NCBI GenBank assembly: GCA_964534905.1
Contig: CAZHPZ010000001.1
Coordinates: 21,719 to 85,718, forward strand
DNA from: an uncultured Lachnospiraceae bacterium
GTDB lineage: Bacteria > Bacillota > Clostridia > Oscillospirales > CAG-272
Length of the DNA stretch: 64,000 bases
Direction of reading: 5' to 3'
Shown here: in pieces, positions 1-8,336 of the stretch
Numbering within the stretch: the stretch's first letter is position 1
Layout of the letters: every line of letters starts with the position of its first letter
The notes under the pieces: model-generated
What the model was told of the DNA's origin: nothing
Databases searched by the model: none
What the model saw: only the letters and a program-made list of their open reading frames with translations
Made by a program: the position numbers and the translations under genes

Positions 1-753
1 GATTACGAGCTTCTCCCCAATATGGCTATTATCGACGCAGATTTCCATATGAGTGCTCCGAGAGGACTTACGGCTGCGTCCGGTATAGACGCGGTAACTC
101 ACGCACTTGAGGCATATGCCGCAATGCTTGCAACCGATTATACAGACGGACTTGCGCTTCGCGCTCTTAAGATGATATTCGAATATCTTCCCAGAGCATA
201 CGATAACGGTCAGACAGACGTAGAGGCACGTGAAAAGATGGCTAATGCCGCAACCATGGCAGGTATGGCTTTCGCTAACGCATTCCTCGGCGTATGCCAC
301 TCAATGGCTCACAAGCTCGGTGCATTCCATCATCTTCCTCACGGCGTTGCAAACGCTCTTATGATAGAAGAGGTGCTCAGATTCAATGCAAGCGAGGCTC
401 CTGCAAAGATGGGTACATTCTCACAGTATGATCATCCTCATACACTTGCAAGATATGCCGAGGTTGCGGATTATCTCGGACTCGGCGGAAGCACGAACGA
501 GGAGAAGCTTGAAAACCTCATAAAGGCAGTAAACGACCTTAAGGCAAGAGTCGGAATAAAGGAGACTATCAAGGATTACGGTATTGACGAGGCTGACTTC
601 CTTGCACGTCTTGACGATATGACCGAGCAGGCGTTCGACGACCAGTGCACAGGTGCTAACCCCCGCTATCCGCTTATGAGTGAGATCAAGCAGATGTATC
701 TCAACGCATACTACGGAAAGCATTTTGTAGAAACCGAAAAGCCCACAGTTTGA
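1..753 (+). CDS. adhE: Bifunctional aldehyde/alcohol dehydrogenase AdhE, C-terminal Fe-ADH part (5' end lies outside the window)
   Basis: The frame is open from base 1. It carries the Fe-ADH block CHSMAHKLGAFHHLPHG and the AdhE-type C-terminus DDQCTGANPRYPLMSEIKQ. Confidence 0.9.
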   Translation, partial: DYELLPNMAIIDADFHMSAPRGLTAASGIDAVTHALEAYAAMLATDYTDGLALRALKMIFEYLPRAYDNGQTDVEAREKMANAATMAGMAFANAFLGVCHSMAHKLGAFHHLPHGVANALMIEEVLRFNASEAPAKMGTFSQYDHPHTLARYAEVADYLGLGGSTNEEKLENLIKAVNDLKARVGIKETIKDYGIDEADFLARLDDMTEQAFDDQCTGANPRYPLMSEIKQMYLNAYYGKHFVETEKPTV

Positions 754-769
754 TTTTGGAGGTATTAAT

Positions 770-1519
770 ATGAAACTTGATAACGTAATTTCCAAGAGAG
801 TAAACAAGACTATATACCGTGACGGCGATAAATGTATAAAGGTTTTTGCCGAGGGATATTCCAAGGCAGACGTGCTCAACGAGGCTCTCAATCAGGCGAG
901 AATAGAGGAAACGGGACTTAATATTCCCAAGAACCTTGGCGTTACGATGATTGACGGTAAGTGGGCGATAATTTCCGAGTTTATCGAGGGAACTACTCTT
1001 TCACAGCTTATGGAGGAGCATCCCGAAAAGAAGCACGAGTACATCGAGCTTTTGGTTGATATTCAGATGGAGGTACACAAAAAGACCTGCCCTCTGCTTA
1101 ATAAGCTTAAGGACAAGATGAATCGTAAGATTTCCGCAACAAGCTTTGACGCTACAACACGTTATGATCTCCATACACGTCTTGAGGGTATGCCCAAGCA
1201 TAACAAGGTTTGCCACGGCGACTTTAACCCATCCAATATTATTATTACGGAGGACGGAATTCCTTACATCATAGACTGGTCGCACGCAACTCAGGGAAAT
1301 GCTTCGGCGGACGTTGCGAGAACATATCTTCTGTTCTGCCTTAACGGCGACGACGAAGGAGCTGCTTACTATCTCGATACATTCTGCAAAAAGAGCGATA
1401 CCGCAAAGCAGTACGTTCAAAAGTGGATGCCCATCGTTGCAGCATCGCAGTCTGTAAAGGGAAATGAAAAGGAAATAGAATTCCTTTCAAAGTGGGTAAG
1501 CGTAGTAGATTACGAATAA
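770..1519 (+). CDS. Phosphotransferase-family kinase (APH/choline-kinase fold)
   Basis: GGAGG RBS upstream of the ATG. Catalytic-loop motif HGDFNPSNIII and the IDWSHA segment are typical of the APH fold. Confidence 0.7.
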   Translation: MKLDNVISKRVNKTIYRDGDKCIKVFAEGYSKADVLNEALNQARIEETGLNIPKNLGVTMIDGKWAIISEFIEGTTLSQLMEEHPEKKHEYIELLVDIQMEVHKKTCPLLNKLKDKMNRKISATSFDATTRYDLHTRLEGMPKHNKVCHGDFNPSNIIITEDGIPYIIDWSHATQGNASADVARTYLLFCLNGDDEGAAYYLDTFCKKSDTAKQYVQKWMPIVAASQSVKGNEKEIEFLSKWVSVVDYE

Positions 1520-1529
1520 TCACTGACAT

Positions 1530-1567
1530 AAAAGCAGACACGGTGAGAAATCACCGTGTCTGCTTTT
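1530..1567. terminator. Bidirectional intrinsic terminator between convergent genes
   Basis: Perfect 17-bp stem AAAAGCAGACACGGTGA / TCACCGTGTCTGCTTTT with a GAAA loop, and A/T runs on both sides. Confidence 0.85.
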
Positions 1568-1570
1568 GTA

Positions 1571-2233
1571 TTATATTTTTTTAACAATTTCGTCTGTGTT
1601 CTTTACTATACAGTCGGCAGGGTATACGCCTCGCAAGGATAGCAAGGGATAGACCGAGGTGTTTTTTCCTATGACCGTACCGGGATTAATGACCGTACCG
1701 CAGCCGATATTCGCTCCGTCTGCGAGTATTCCGCCGATCTTCCTGAGTCCTGTCGGTATATCCGTTTCGGCGTGTATTACGATGTTCTTTCCGTCGTTTT
1801 TGAGATTTGAGCAGACCGTTCCCGCACCAGTGTGTGCGTCATTTCCCAAAATACTGTCTCCGACATAGTTGTAGTGGGGGATTTGCACATGCTCAAGCAA
1901 AATGCAGTTTTTAAGCTCGCTCGAGTTACCTATAACGCAGTTTTTACCCGTGATAACTCCGCCTCTTATAAACGCACCGGGGCGAACCTCGCTTCCCGAG
2001 CCGATGATGCACGGAGGCTCAATAGTGGCGGTGGGATATATTTTCACGTTTTCGCCGACAAGAACGCCATCTGAAATTTCGGTGTATCCCTCTATTCCGT
2101 TTTTTATAAGCTCTTTGGCGTAATCCTTAATTTTGGGCAGCATCTCCCAGGGGTATTCGACTCCGTCAAATAGATTTTTTAAATATTCCGTGCGGCAGAG
2201 GAAAAGCTCTTTTGTTTTGACTTGCTTATTCAA
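1571..2233 (-). CDS. Left-handed beta-helix (hexapeptide-repeat) acyltransferase resembling the GlmU C-terminal domain
   Basis: Hexapeptide-type periodicity (e.g. IGSGSEVRPGAFIRGGVITGKNCVIGNSSELKNCIL). Its start overlaps the glmM stop by 8 nt, indicating an operon. Confidence 0.6.
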   Translation of the reverse strand: MNKQVKTKELFLCRTEYLKNLFDGVEYPWEMLPKIKDYAKELIKNGIEGYTEISDGVLVGENVKIYPTATIEPPCIIGSGSEVRPGAFIRGGVITGKNCVIGNSSELKNCILLEHVQIPHYNYVGDSILGNDAHTGAGTVCSNLKNDGKNIVIHAETDIPTGLRKIGGILADGANIGCGTVINPGTVIGKNTSVYPLLSLRGVYPADCIVKNTDEIVKKI

Positions 2234-3839
2234 CAGCGTATCCTCCGTCTCTTATTGACTTTGCAACCGATTCGGCAAGCTCACGGCAGAGCTGCTCACT
2301 CTCGCATTCAATCATAATGCGAATGAGAGGCTCTGTTCCGCTCGGGCGTAAAAGCACCCGTCCTTTACCGTCGATTATGTGCTCAACCTCGTTAAGAGAG
2401 GCGAGAACCGCTTTGTCCTGCATTGCCGCTTCCTTGCTCTTGACTCGGATGTTTTTCATATATTGGGGATAGAGTTTGACGTCCTCAACAAGACGTGAGA
2501 GAGAGGCTTTTGAATCGCAGATTTCTTCTGTGACCATAATAGCCGTGAGAAGCCCGTCGCCGGTAGTGGCGTATTTTTTCATAATTATGTGTCCGGACTG
2601 CTCTCCGCCTATCGAATATCCGCTTTCTTGCATACATTCGTAAACGAAGCGGTCTCCGACCTTGGTTTGTACGCATTTTATGCCGAGAGCATCAAGGCTT
2701 GCCACAAATCCGCTGTTTGACATAACGGTTGCGACAACCGTATTGTCGTTAAGCATTCCTCGGTTTTTAAGACGCTTTGCAAGTAGATACATAATCTTGT
2801 CACCGTCCACGATATTGCCGTTTTCATCTACGGCAAGACATCTGTCGGCATCTCCGTCAAATGCAAATCCTACGTCGAGATGCTTATCTCTGACAAGCTT
2901 TGTTAAAGCCTCAAGATGAGTTGAACCGCAATCTCTGTTAACGTTGAGACCGTCCGGCTCGTCGCCTATGACGTATATTTGTGCGCCGAGTGCTCCGAAG
3001 ACCGCACGTGCTATTGACCAAGATGCGCCGTTTGCGCAGTCGAGACCTATTCTTAGCTTTTTATACGAATTGGACGCAAGTGAAATGAGATATCCTATGT
3101 ATCTGTTTCTGCCGCTTACGTGGTCGTGTATTGAGCCTATATTTTCTCCGGTTGCGAGAGGCAGATCGTTTTCTGCAATTCCGAGGGTACCGAGATCTCC
3201 GTCAAGATAGGATTCTATTTGAGCGGTTGTTTCATCGTCAAGCTTTTCTCCGTATCGGTTGATGACCTTAATTCCGTTATCGTGAAAGGGATTATGGGAT
3301 GCGGTGATCATAATTCCGCAATCGAATCCGTCGAGCCTTGTGACATAAGAAACGCTCGGAGTGGTCGTTACGTGAAGTATATATGCGTCGGCACCGCTTG
3401 TTGCAATACCGGATGCAATAGCGTATTCAAGCATATAGCTTGAACGTCTTGTATCCTTTCCTATTACGATTTTCGCGCGTCCCTTTTCGTTTCCGTCACG
3501 GTGATTTGTATAATACCATCCGAGAAATCGTCCTACTTTATAAGCGTGAAGGGAGGTAAGGTCTGAATTTGCTTCTCCGCGAAATCCGTCCGTTCCGAAA
3601 TATTTATTTCCACCCGACGAGGCGGGTGAGGGGAAAAGCTCAATTTCCTCACGAAGCAAGTGGTCACAAGAAACACCGAAAATATCGGATATCTGTATGA
3701 TTTTGTCTATCTGCGGCACCGCCTGATCCATTTCCCATTTTGAAACCGACTGACGTGATACCGAAAGAAGCTCTGCGAGCTTTTCCTGAGATATCTCAAG
3801 ATTTGTTCTCAGCTTGATTATTTTCTGTCCGAAGGTCAT
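2226..3839 (-). CDS. glmM: Phosphoglucosamine mutase with an N-terminal XRE-type helix-turn-helix extension
   Basis: Residues 1-65 look like HTH_XRE (ISQEKLAELLSVSRQSVSKWE). From about residue 79 the GlmM signature appears: KYFGTDGFRGEAN and the phosphoserine loop TASHNPFHDNGIK. It is a single uninterrupted 537-codon frame. Confidence 0.85.
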   Translation of the reverse strand: MTFGQKIIKLRTNLEISQEKLAELLSVSRQSVSKWEMDQAVPQIDKIIQISDIFGVSCDHLLREEIELFPSPASSGGNKYFGTDGFRGEANSDLTSLHAYKVGRFLGWYYTNHRDGNEKGRAKIVIGKDTRRSSYMLEYAIASGIATSGADAYILHVTTTPSVSYVTRLDGFDCGIMITASHNPFHDNGIKVINRYGEKLDDETTAQIESYLDGDLGTLGIAENDLPLATGENIGSIHDHVSGRNRYIGYLISLASNSYKKLRIGLDCANGASWSIARAVFGALGAQIYVIGDEPDGLNVNRDCGSTHLEALTKLVRDKHLDVGFAFDGDADRCLAVDENGNIVDGDKIMYLLAKRLKNRGMLNDNTVVATVMSNSGFVASLDALGIKCVQTKVGDRFVYECMQESGYSIGGEQSGHIIMKKYATTGDGLLTAIMVTEEICDSKASLSRLVEDVKLYPQYMKNIRVKSKEAAMQDKAVLASLNEVEHIIDGKGRVLLRPSGTEPLIRIMIECESEQLCRELAESVAKSIRDGGYAVE

Positions 3840-3921
3840 AAATTACCTCTTCATAATATCTTATTTGATAAAATACCTTACGATTATATGAAAAGCAATC
3901 GCAAAATATTCCCACAATGAC

Positions 3922-3950
3922 ATTATACAGTATACTGCCCGAAAAAGCAA
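3922..3950 (-). promoter_or_regulatory. Putative sigma-A promoter of the HTH-glmM operon
   Basis: On the minus strand, TTGCTT (3950-3945), a 17-nt spacer, then TATAAT (3927-3922). The spacer contains the perfect 10-bp palindrome CAGTATACTG (3928-3937). Confidence 0.5.
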
Positions 3951-4077
3951 TAGATTTTTGAAACAAAAAAAGAAAATCGCAACTTTCGGTTGCAAAAAAA
4001 CGTCAAAAAACAAAAAACAGTCTGGAAATCCGAAAAAAAACGACTTGATAACGCAAACAAGAGTTGATTTGTGACGC

Positions 4078-4112
4078 AAAAATCGGCACGGAGACAAAAT
4101 TTCCGCACCGAT
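4078..4112 (-). terminator. Intrinsic terminator of ahpC-ahpF
   Basis: Minus-strand hairpin ATCGGTGCGGA...TCTCCGTGCCGAT followed by TTTTT. Two pairs are G-U on the minus strand only, so the hairpin is strand-specific. Confidence 0.7.
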
Positions 4113-4117
4113 TGACT

Positions 4118-5770
4118 TTATTGCTTATCTATTAGATCCAATATCTGCTCTACATTCTTTTTGCCGAAATATACGTCCTTGTCATTAATGATGAGGCAGG
4201 GAACACTCATAACATTGTATTGACTTTTCAGACTGTCAAAATGTCTGATGTCATATGCCTCGGCACGTACAGATGGGTTTTTCGAGGCTATGCGTTGGCA
4301 GGCGGTGACAAGGTCGGGGCACATTGTGCAGGAAAGAGATACCAATATCTTCATATCTGTTGCTGTTTTTATATTGTCAATCCTGCTTTCCGTTTCTGTA
4401 TTCAGTGTTTGCCCCTTGCCCGAAGCATTATAGAGTGCAAGCACGAATGATGTGAATTCGTGACCGAGAGGCACTCCGTGAAACGCTATTCCCGTATCCT
4501 CGCCGTCACGGAAAATACGCACACAGGGGTATGCCGTGTTTTTTGAGCCTGTTTCCGCAATTGTCAAGGTAAGCTTTTCCGAAAGACTGCATAACTCTCG
4601 TGCGAAATGCTCAAGCTCCTCTGATATGGGGCGATTGTCAAGGTACAGGGTGAGCGTCAGCGGATGTTCCGTTTTCTCGAAAACTACCGCTAACTGCTCT
4701 CGCATATTTCTATCAAAGAGTGATGATGCTCCGGTATCACCCTCTGAGTCTTTAGCATTTTGATGTGCAGAGGTAGCTCTTTTGCGTTCGGGTGGAGTCG
4801 GGTGCAGACCTGTTTTTGCTTGCATAGCCGTTGCATATTTTTCAAGCTCGGTTGCCGCTATCGCACCGTCACCCGTGGCGGTCACTACCTGACGAAGTGG
4901 CTTGATGCATACGTCTCCTGCCGCATAAACTCCGTCGGCACTCGTTTTTTGTGTAGGATCCGTTACAATATATCCCTTATCAAGGGCTATTTTATCCTTG
5001 ACAATCTCCGTGTCGGGCGAATAGCCCGCAAAAACGAATACGCCGAAGTCCTCTCCTACATCGGCTTTGTATTCGGTTGTCTCTCCCGTCCTTGTATTTC
5101 GGTATCTTATATAATTGATGCCGTTCTCACCCGATACCTTTTCCGCCACAGTATTTGTCAGTACGGTTATTTTTTCGTGATTTTTTGCCGGTTCTGCAAC
5201 TGCTGCAGCACAGGTGAAATCATCTCCTCGTATCATAATGGTTACGTGACGTGCGAATTTTGTCAGAAATACGCTCTCCTCGGCTGCGGCAAATCCGCCT
5301 CCTATTACAAAGATATCCTTGCCTGTAAAAAATTCTCCGTCACATGTCGCACAATAAGCAACTCCGCGCCCTCTGAATTCATCTTCTCCGTCAAATCCTA
5401 CCTTGCGAGGGCGAGCACCCGTGGCAATCAGTATTCCGAAGCAGTAAATGTCGCCTCTGCTTGTGTGAACGGTCTTTACGTCGTCCGTAATATCAAGCTT
5501 TATTACCTCTGCGGCTAAAAATTCCGCACCGAATCCCTCTGCTTGACGATACATTGCATCGGTCAGAGCACGTCCGCTTATCTGTTCTATACCGGGATAA
5601 TTTACCACCTCGTCCGTTATCGTAATTTGACCTCCGAGCTGCTCCTTTTCGATTACCAAAACTCTGTGTCTTGCTCTTGCAAGATAGATGGCGGCGGTTA
5701 GGCCTGCGGGACCTCCGCCGATTATTACCGCATCGTAGAGCCTCTCTTCATCATATTGTCTGTTTTCCAT
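4118..5770 (-). CDS. ahpF: AhpF-like NAD(P)H peroxiredoxin reductase with reversed domain order (TrxR module first, AhpF N-terminal-type thioredoxin folds last)
   Basis: N-terminal part has VIIGGGPAGLTAAIY and the CATCDG redox centre. C-terminal part has FHGVPLGHEFTSF and a CTMCPD dithiol. Its ATG overlaps the ahpC stop (TAATG). Confidence 0.8.
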   Translation of the reverse strand: MENRQYDEERLYDAVIIGGGPAGLTAAIYLARARHRVLVIEKEQLGGQITITDEVVNYPGIEQISGRALTDAMYRQAEGFGAEFLAAEVIKLDITDDVKTVHTSRGDIYCFGILIATGARPRKVGFDGEDEFRGRGVAYCATCDGEFFTGKDIFVIGGGFAAAEESVFLTKFARHVTIMIRGDDFTCAAAVAEPAKNHEKITVLTNTVAEKVSGENGINYIRYRNTRTGETTEYKADVGEDFGVFVFAGYSPDTEIVKDKIALDKGYIVTDPTQKTSADGVYAAGDVCIKPLRQVVTATGDGAIAATELEKYATAMQAKTGLHPTPPERKRATSAHQNAKDSEGDTGASSLFDRNMREQLAVVFEKTEHPLTLTLYLDNRPISEELEHFARELCSLSEKLTLTIAETGSKNTAYPCVRIFRDGEDTGIAFHGVPLGHEFTSFVLALYNASGKGQTLNTETESRIDNIKTATDMKILVSLSCTMCPDLVTACQRIASKNPSVRAEAYDIRHFDSLKSQYNVMSVPCLIINDKDVYFGKKNVEQILDLIDKQ

Positions 5771-6333
5771 TACAGCTGTCCGACGAGATCAAGACTCGGC
5801 TTGAGGGTTTCTTCACCGGGACGCCAGTTTGCGGGGCAGACCTGATCTCCGTGTGCGTGAACAAATTGGCATGCCTGAACCTTGCGGAAAAGCTCCTCTG
5901 CGTTTCTTCCGACGTTTCCGGCGGTTATCTCGTAGCCTACTATTTTCCCCTCGGGATTGACTATAAACGTTCCTCTTTCGGCGAGTCCCTCGGATTCTAT
6001 CAGAACCTCAAAATCTCTTGAAATGGCGTGAGTAGGATCGGCAAGCATGGGAAAGGTTATCTTTTTTATTCGTTCCGACGCGTCGTGCCAAGCCTTATGA
6101 ACGAAATGTGTGTCCGTGGATACGGAATATATTTCGCATCCGACTCCCTTGAATTTCTCATATTTATTTGCGAGATCCTCAAGCTCCGTGGGGCACACGA
6201 AAGTGAAATCGGCGGGATAGAAAAAGAATACGCTCCATTTGCCTAAGGTGTCGTCCTTGGTGACGGATTTGAATTCGCCTGCGTGATAGGCGTTTGCCTT
6301 GAAATTTGAAATTTCCTTATTAATGATTGACAT
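5770..6333 (-). CDS. ahpC: Alkyl hydroperoxide reductase subunit C (typical 2-Cys peroxiredoxin)
   Basis: Peroxidatic motif FFFYPADFTFVCPTEL and a resolving Cys near the C-terminus (HGDQVCPANW). Confidence 0.95.
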   Translation of the reverse strand: MSIINKEISNFKANAYHAGEFKSVTKDDTLGKWSVFFFYPADFTFVCPTELEDLANKYEKFKGVGCEIYSVSTDTHFVHKAWHDASERIKKITFPMLADPTHAISRDFEVLIESEGLAERGTFIVNPEGKIVGYEITAGNVGRNAEELFRKVQACQFVHAHGDQVCPANWRPGEETLKPSLDLVGQL

Positions 6334-6458
6334 AGTGATGCTTCTCCTTTGTTTGTTTTTTGAGGATGAAATTGTCCTTTCCCGAAAAGTATTCCCGAGT
6401 TTTGCTTGATTAATTCGTAAAGTTTCGGGGATACTAATTAAAAACAGAGGTGATATTT

Positions 6459-7862
6459 ATGGAAAAAAGCAAATCAAATAAATATGCGTCGGGATTTGTG
6501 CCGTTTGCTCTCGGAGCGTTTCTCGTCGGCATAGTGGGCGGATTTACCACGGTTCTCGGTCCTGCTTTCGTTAAGGATCTCGGACTTGATTATAATAATA
6601 CCGCTTGGACGTCGCTTGCATTGGCTATATCAAGTGCTGCCTGCGCCCCGATACTCGGCAAATTGGGTGACGCAATAGGCAAGGGAAGAACGCTTATCCT
6701 CGGAATAGGTATCTTTACTCTCGGTAACGTGCTTACCGCAACGTCTGCGACATTGATTTCTATGCTTGCGGCACGCTTTGTTGTCGGGCTGGGAAGTGCG
6801 GCTATAGCACCCGTTGTAATGTCATATATCGTCACGGAATTTCCGAAAGAGAAGCAGGGTGTCGGATTTTCTTTGTATATGCTGATATCGAGCTGTGCGG
6901 TCATATTCGGACCGACCTTGGGCGGAATTATGATAAACGGCTTCGGATGGAGAGCGATGGTTTGGGTCTGCGTTGCGATATGTATAATTGTGTTTCTTGC
7001 TTGTCTTGCGCTTTGCACTACTAAAGGAGAGAAGCGACGTTCACTCTCGGACTTCGATTATATCGGCTCATTTCTTGTTTTGCTGTTTTTCGGATCGCTT
7101 TTGTGCATACCGTCATTCGGGCAAAACATAGGCTGGAGCTCTGCTGCTTTTCTTCTAAGCGTAATATGCGCTTTGATATCTCTTTTCGGGCTTTGCATTG
7201 CGGAGAGACGGGCGAAAAATCCCATATTGAGGTGGGATTTTATAAAAAGAAAGAGATTTGTTTTGTCCGTGCTTGCCCTTTTTCTGACACAGGGGCTTAT
7301 GCAGGCGAATATGACGAATACGATAGTTTTTGTTAATTATACGCAGGCGGACAATACGGTAATTTCGGGATATGCAATCTCTGTTATGTATATCGGAATG
7401 TCTCTCGGCGCACTGCTTTTGGGACCGCTTGCGGACAGATATGAGCCGAAAAATGTTCTTCTTTGCTCTTTTGCCGTGACGGGCTTGGGGTGCGCTCTTA
7501 TGCTTGCCTTCTCCGAGTCTGTCGGTACGCTTTTGCTTGCGTTGTCGCTTGGTATTCTCGGATTCGGTCTCGGCGGAAACGGTACCGTGTTTATGAAGGT
7601 AGTTCTATCGGGCGTTCCTGTTGAAGCTGTAAGCTCAAGCACGGGAACGTATGGACTTTTCCGTGACCTTGCAGCACCGTTCGGCGTTGCGGTTTTCGTA
7701 CCGATGTTCACAAACAGCGTCACATCATATATTAATGAGGGAGCAAGTGCCGCATATGCAGCTGCAGTTTCGATAAGGGAGATTGCTCTTATCGAAATTT
7801 TCTGCGTTATCCTCGGTATTTGCGCCGTTCTTTTTCTGCCGAGGACGAATAGTGGAAAGTAA
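6459..7862 (+). CDS. MFS transporter (drug:H+ antiporter-like, about 14 TM segments)
   Basis: Hydrophobic throughout, with the MFS loop motif GKLGDAIGKGRT. AGAGG RBS lies 8 nt before the ATG at 6459. Confidence 0.8.
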   Translation: MEKSKSNKYASGFVPFALGAFLVGIVGGFTTVLGPAFVKDLGLDYNNTAWTSLALAISSAACAPILGKLGDAIGKGRTLILGIGIFTLGNVLTATSATLISMLAARFVVGLGSAAIAPVVMSYIVTEFPKEKQGVGFSLYMLISSCAVIFGPTLGGIMINGFGWRAMVWVCVAICIIVFLACLALCTTKGEKRRSLSDFDYIGSFLVLLFFGSLLCIPSFGQNIGWSSAAFLLSVICALISLFGLCIAERRAKNPILRWDFIKRKRFVLSVLALFLTQGLMQANMTNTIVFVNYTQADNTVISGYAISVMYIGMSLGALLLGPLADRYEPKNVLLCSFAVTGLGCALMLAFSESVGTLLLALSLGILGFGLGGNGTVFMKVVLSGVPVEAVSSSTGTYGLFRDLAAPFGVAVFVPMFTNSVTSYINEGASAAYAAAVSIREIALIEIFCVILGICAVLFLPRTNSGK

Positions 7863-7945
7863 TAAAAAACTCGGGCGCGGTGAAAATTCCCGTGCCCGAT
7901 TATGATTTTTGTGCAAAATGTAGAAAAATACGAATGAAAATAGGG

Positions 7946-7963
7946 CGCCTAATATATTATTAG
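7946..7963. repeat. Left arm of an 18-bp perfect inverted repeat (candidate inverton IRL; also part of a local imperfect palindrome)
   Basis: CGCCTAATATATTATTAG is the exact reverse complement of 8098-8115. Confidence 0.8.
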
Positions 7964-7981
7964 ACGCCTTTTGTTGCTCTA

Positions 7982-8010
7982 ATTTTACTCTTTTTTGTGA
8001 TATTTGTCAA
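7982..8010 (-). promoter_or_regulatory. Strong leftward sigma-A-type promoter inside the IR-bounded segment
   Basis: On the minus strand, TTGACA (8010-8005), a 17-nt spacer, then TAAAAT (7987-7982). Confidence 0.6.
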
Positions 8011-8026
8011 TACATTTTGGAAAATA

Positions 8027-8055
8027 TTGTACCGTAAATTGCTTTTTCTTAAAAA
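8027..8055 (+). promoter_or_regulatory. Weaker rightward promoter inside the IR-bounded segment
   Basis: TTGTAC (8027-8032), a 17-nt spacer, then TAAAAA (8050-8055). Confidence 0.35.
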
Positions 8056-8097
8056 AATATTCGTCATTTTAACTCAAAATCAGTGTTTTTTGGACGC

Positions 8098-8115
8098 CTA
8101 ATAATATATTAGGCG
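8098..8115. repeat. Right arm of the 18-bp perfect inverted repeat (candidate inverton IRR)
   Basis: CTAATAATATATTAGGCG. It is locally part of the 9-bp-stem palindrome CGCCTAATA-ATA-TATTAGGCG. Confidence 0.8.
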
Positions 8116-8336
8116 AACTCTTTCGCGGGTGCCGAGGGTGTTCGGAAAGCTCGGGCGGAGTAAAATCACTTGCACAAGGCTTTAATTTTTCAGGTGCGGC
8201 GATGATACTTTCCCGACGGCTGTTTTTTATCCGTGCGTTATTTGCGTAAACGCTTCGGAGTGAGGACGGCGGAGAGCGTTTGAGGTGCCCAAATCAAAAC
8301 AAAAATAAAAACAAAATCAAAAAGGAGATTTTTCTT

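Noticed and set aside
8116-8336. The GC-richer 5' UTR of the pilin-like gene might be a c-di-GMP riboswitch, since these control type IV pilin genes in some Clostridia.
   Set aside because: I could not find the GEMM-I islands (GGCAAA tetraloop/receptor, GACGCAAAGC) or the class II conserved islands. Only small local hairpins are present (CCGAG/CTCGG, AAACGCT/AGCGTTT). A covariance-model scan would be needed to settle it.
8280-8336. The ORF track gives upstream-extended starts, for example 8280 for the pilin-like gene, 21949 for ttcA, 25109 for holB, 22861 for ferredoxin, 41765 for the SDR and 12606 for the YwaF-like gene.
   Set aside because: Internal ATG or GTG codons with proper Shine-Dalgarno spacing and family-typical N-termini fit much better. 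The extensions run through promoters, terminators or neighbouring genes.
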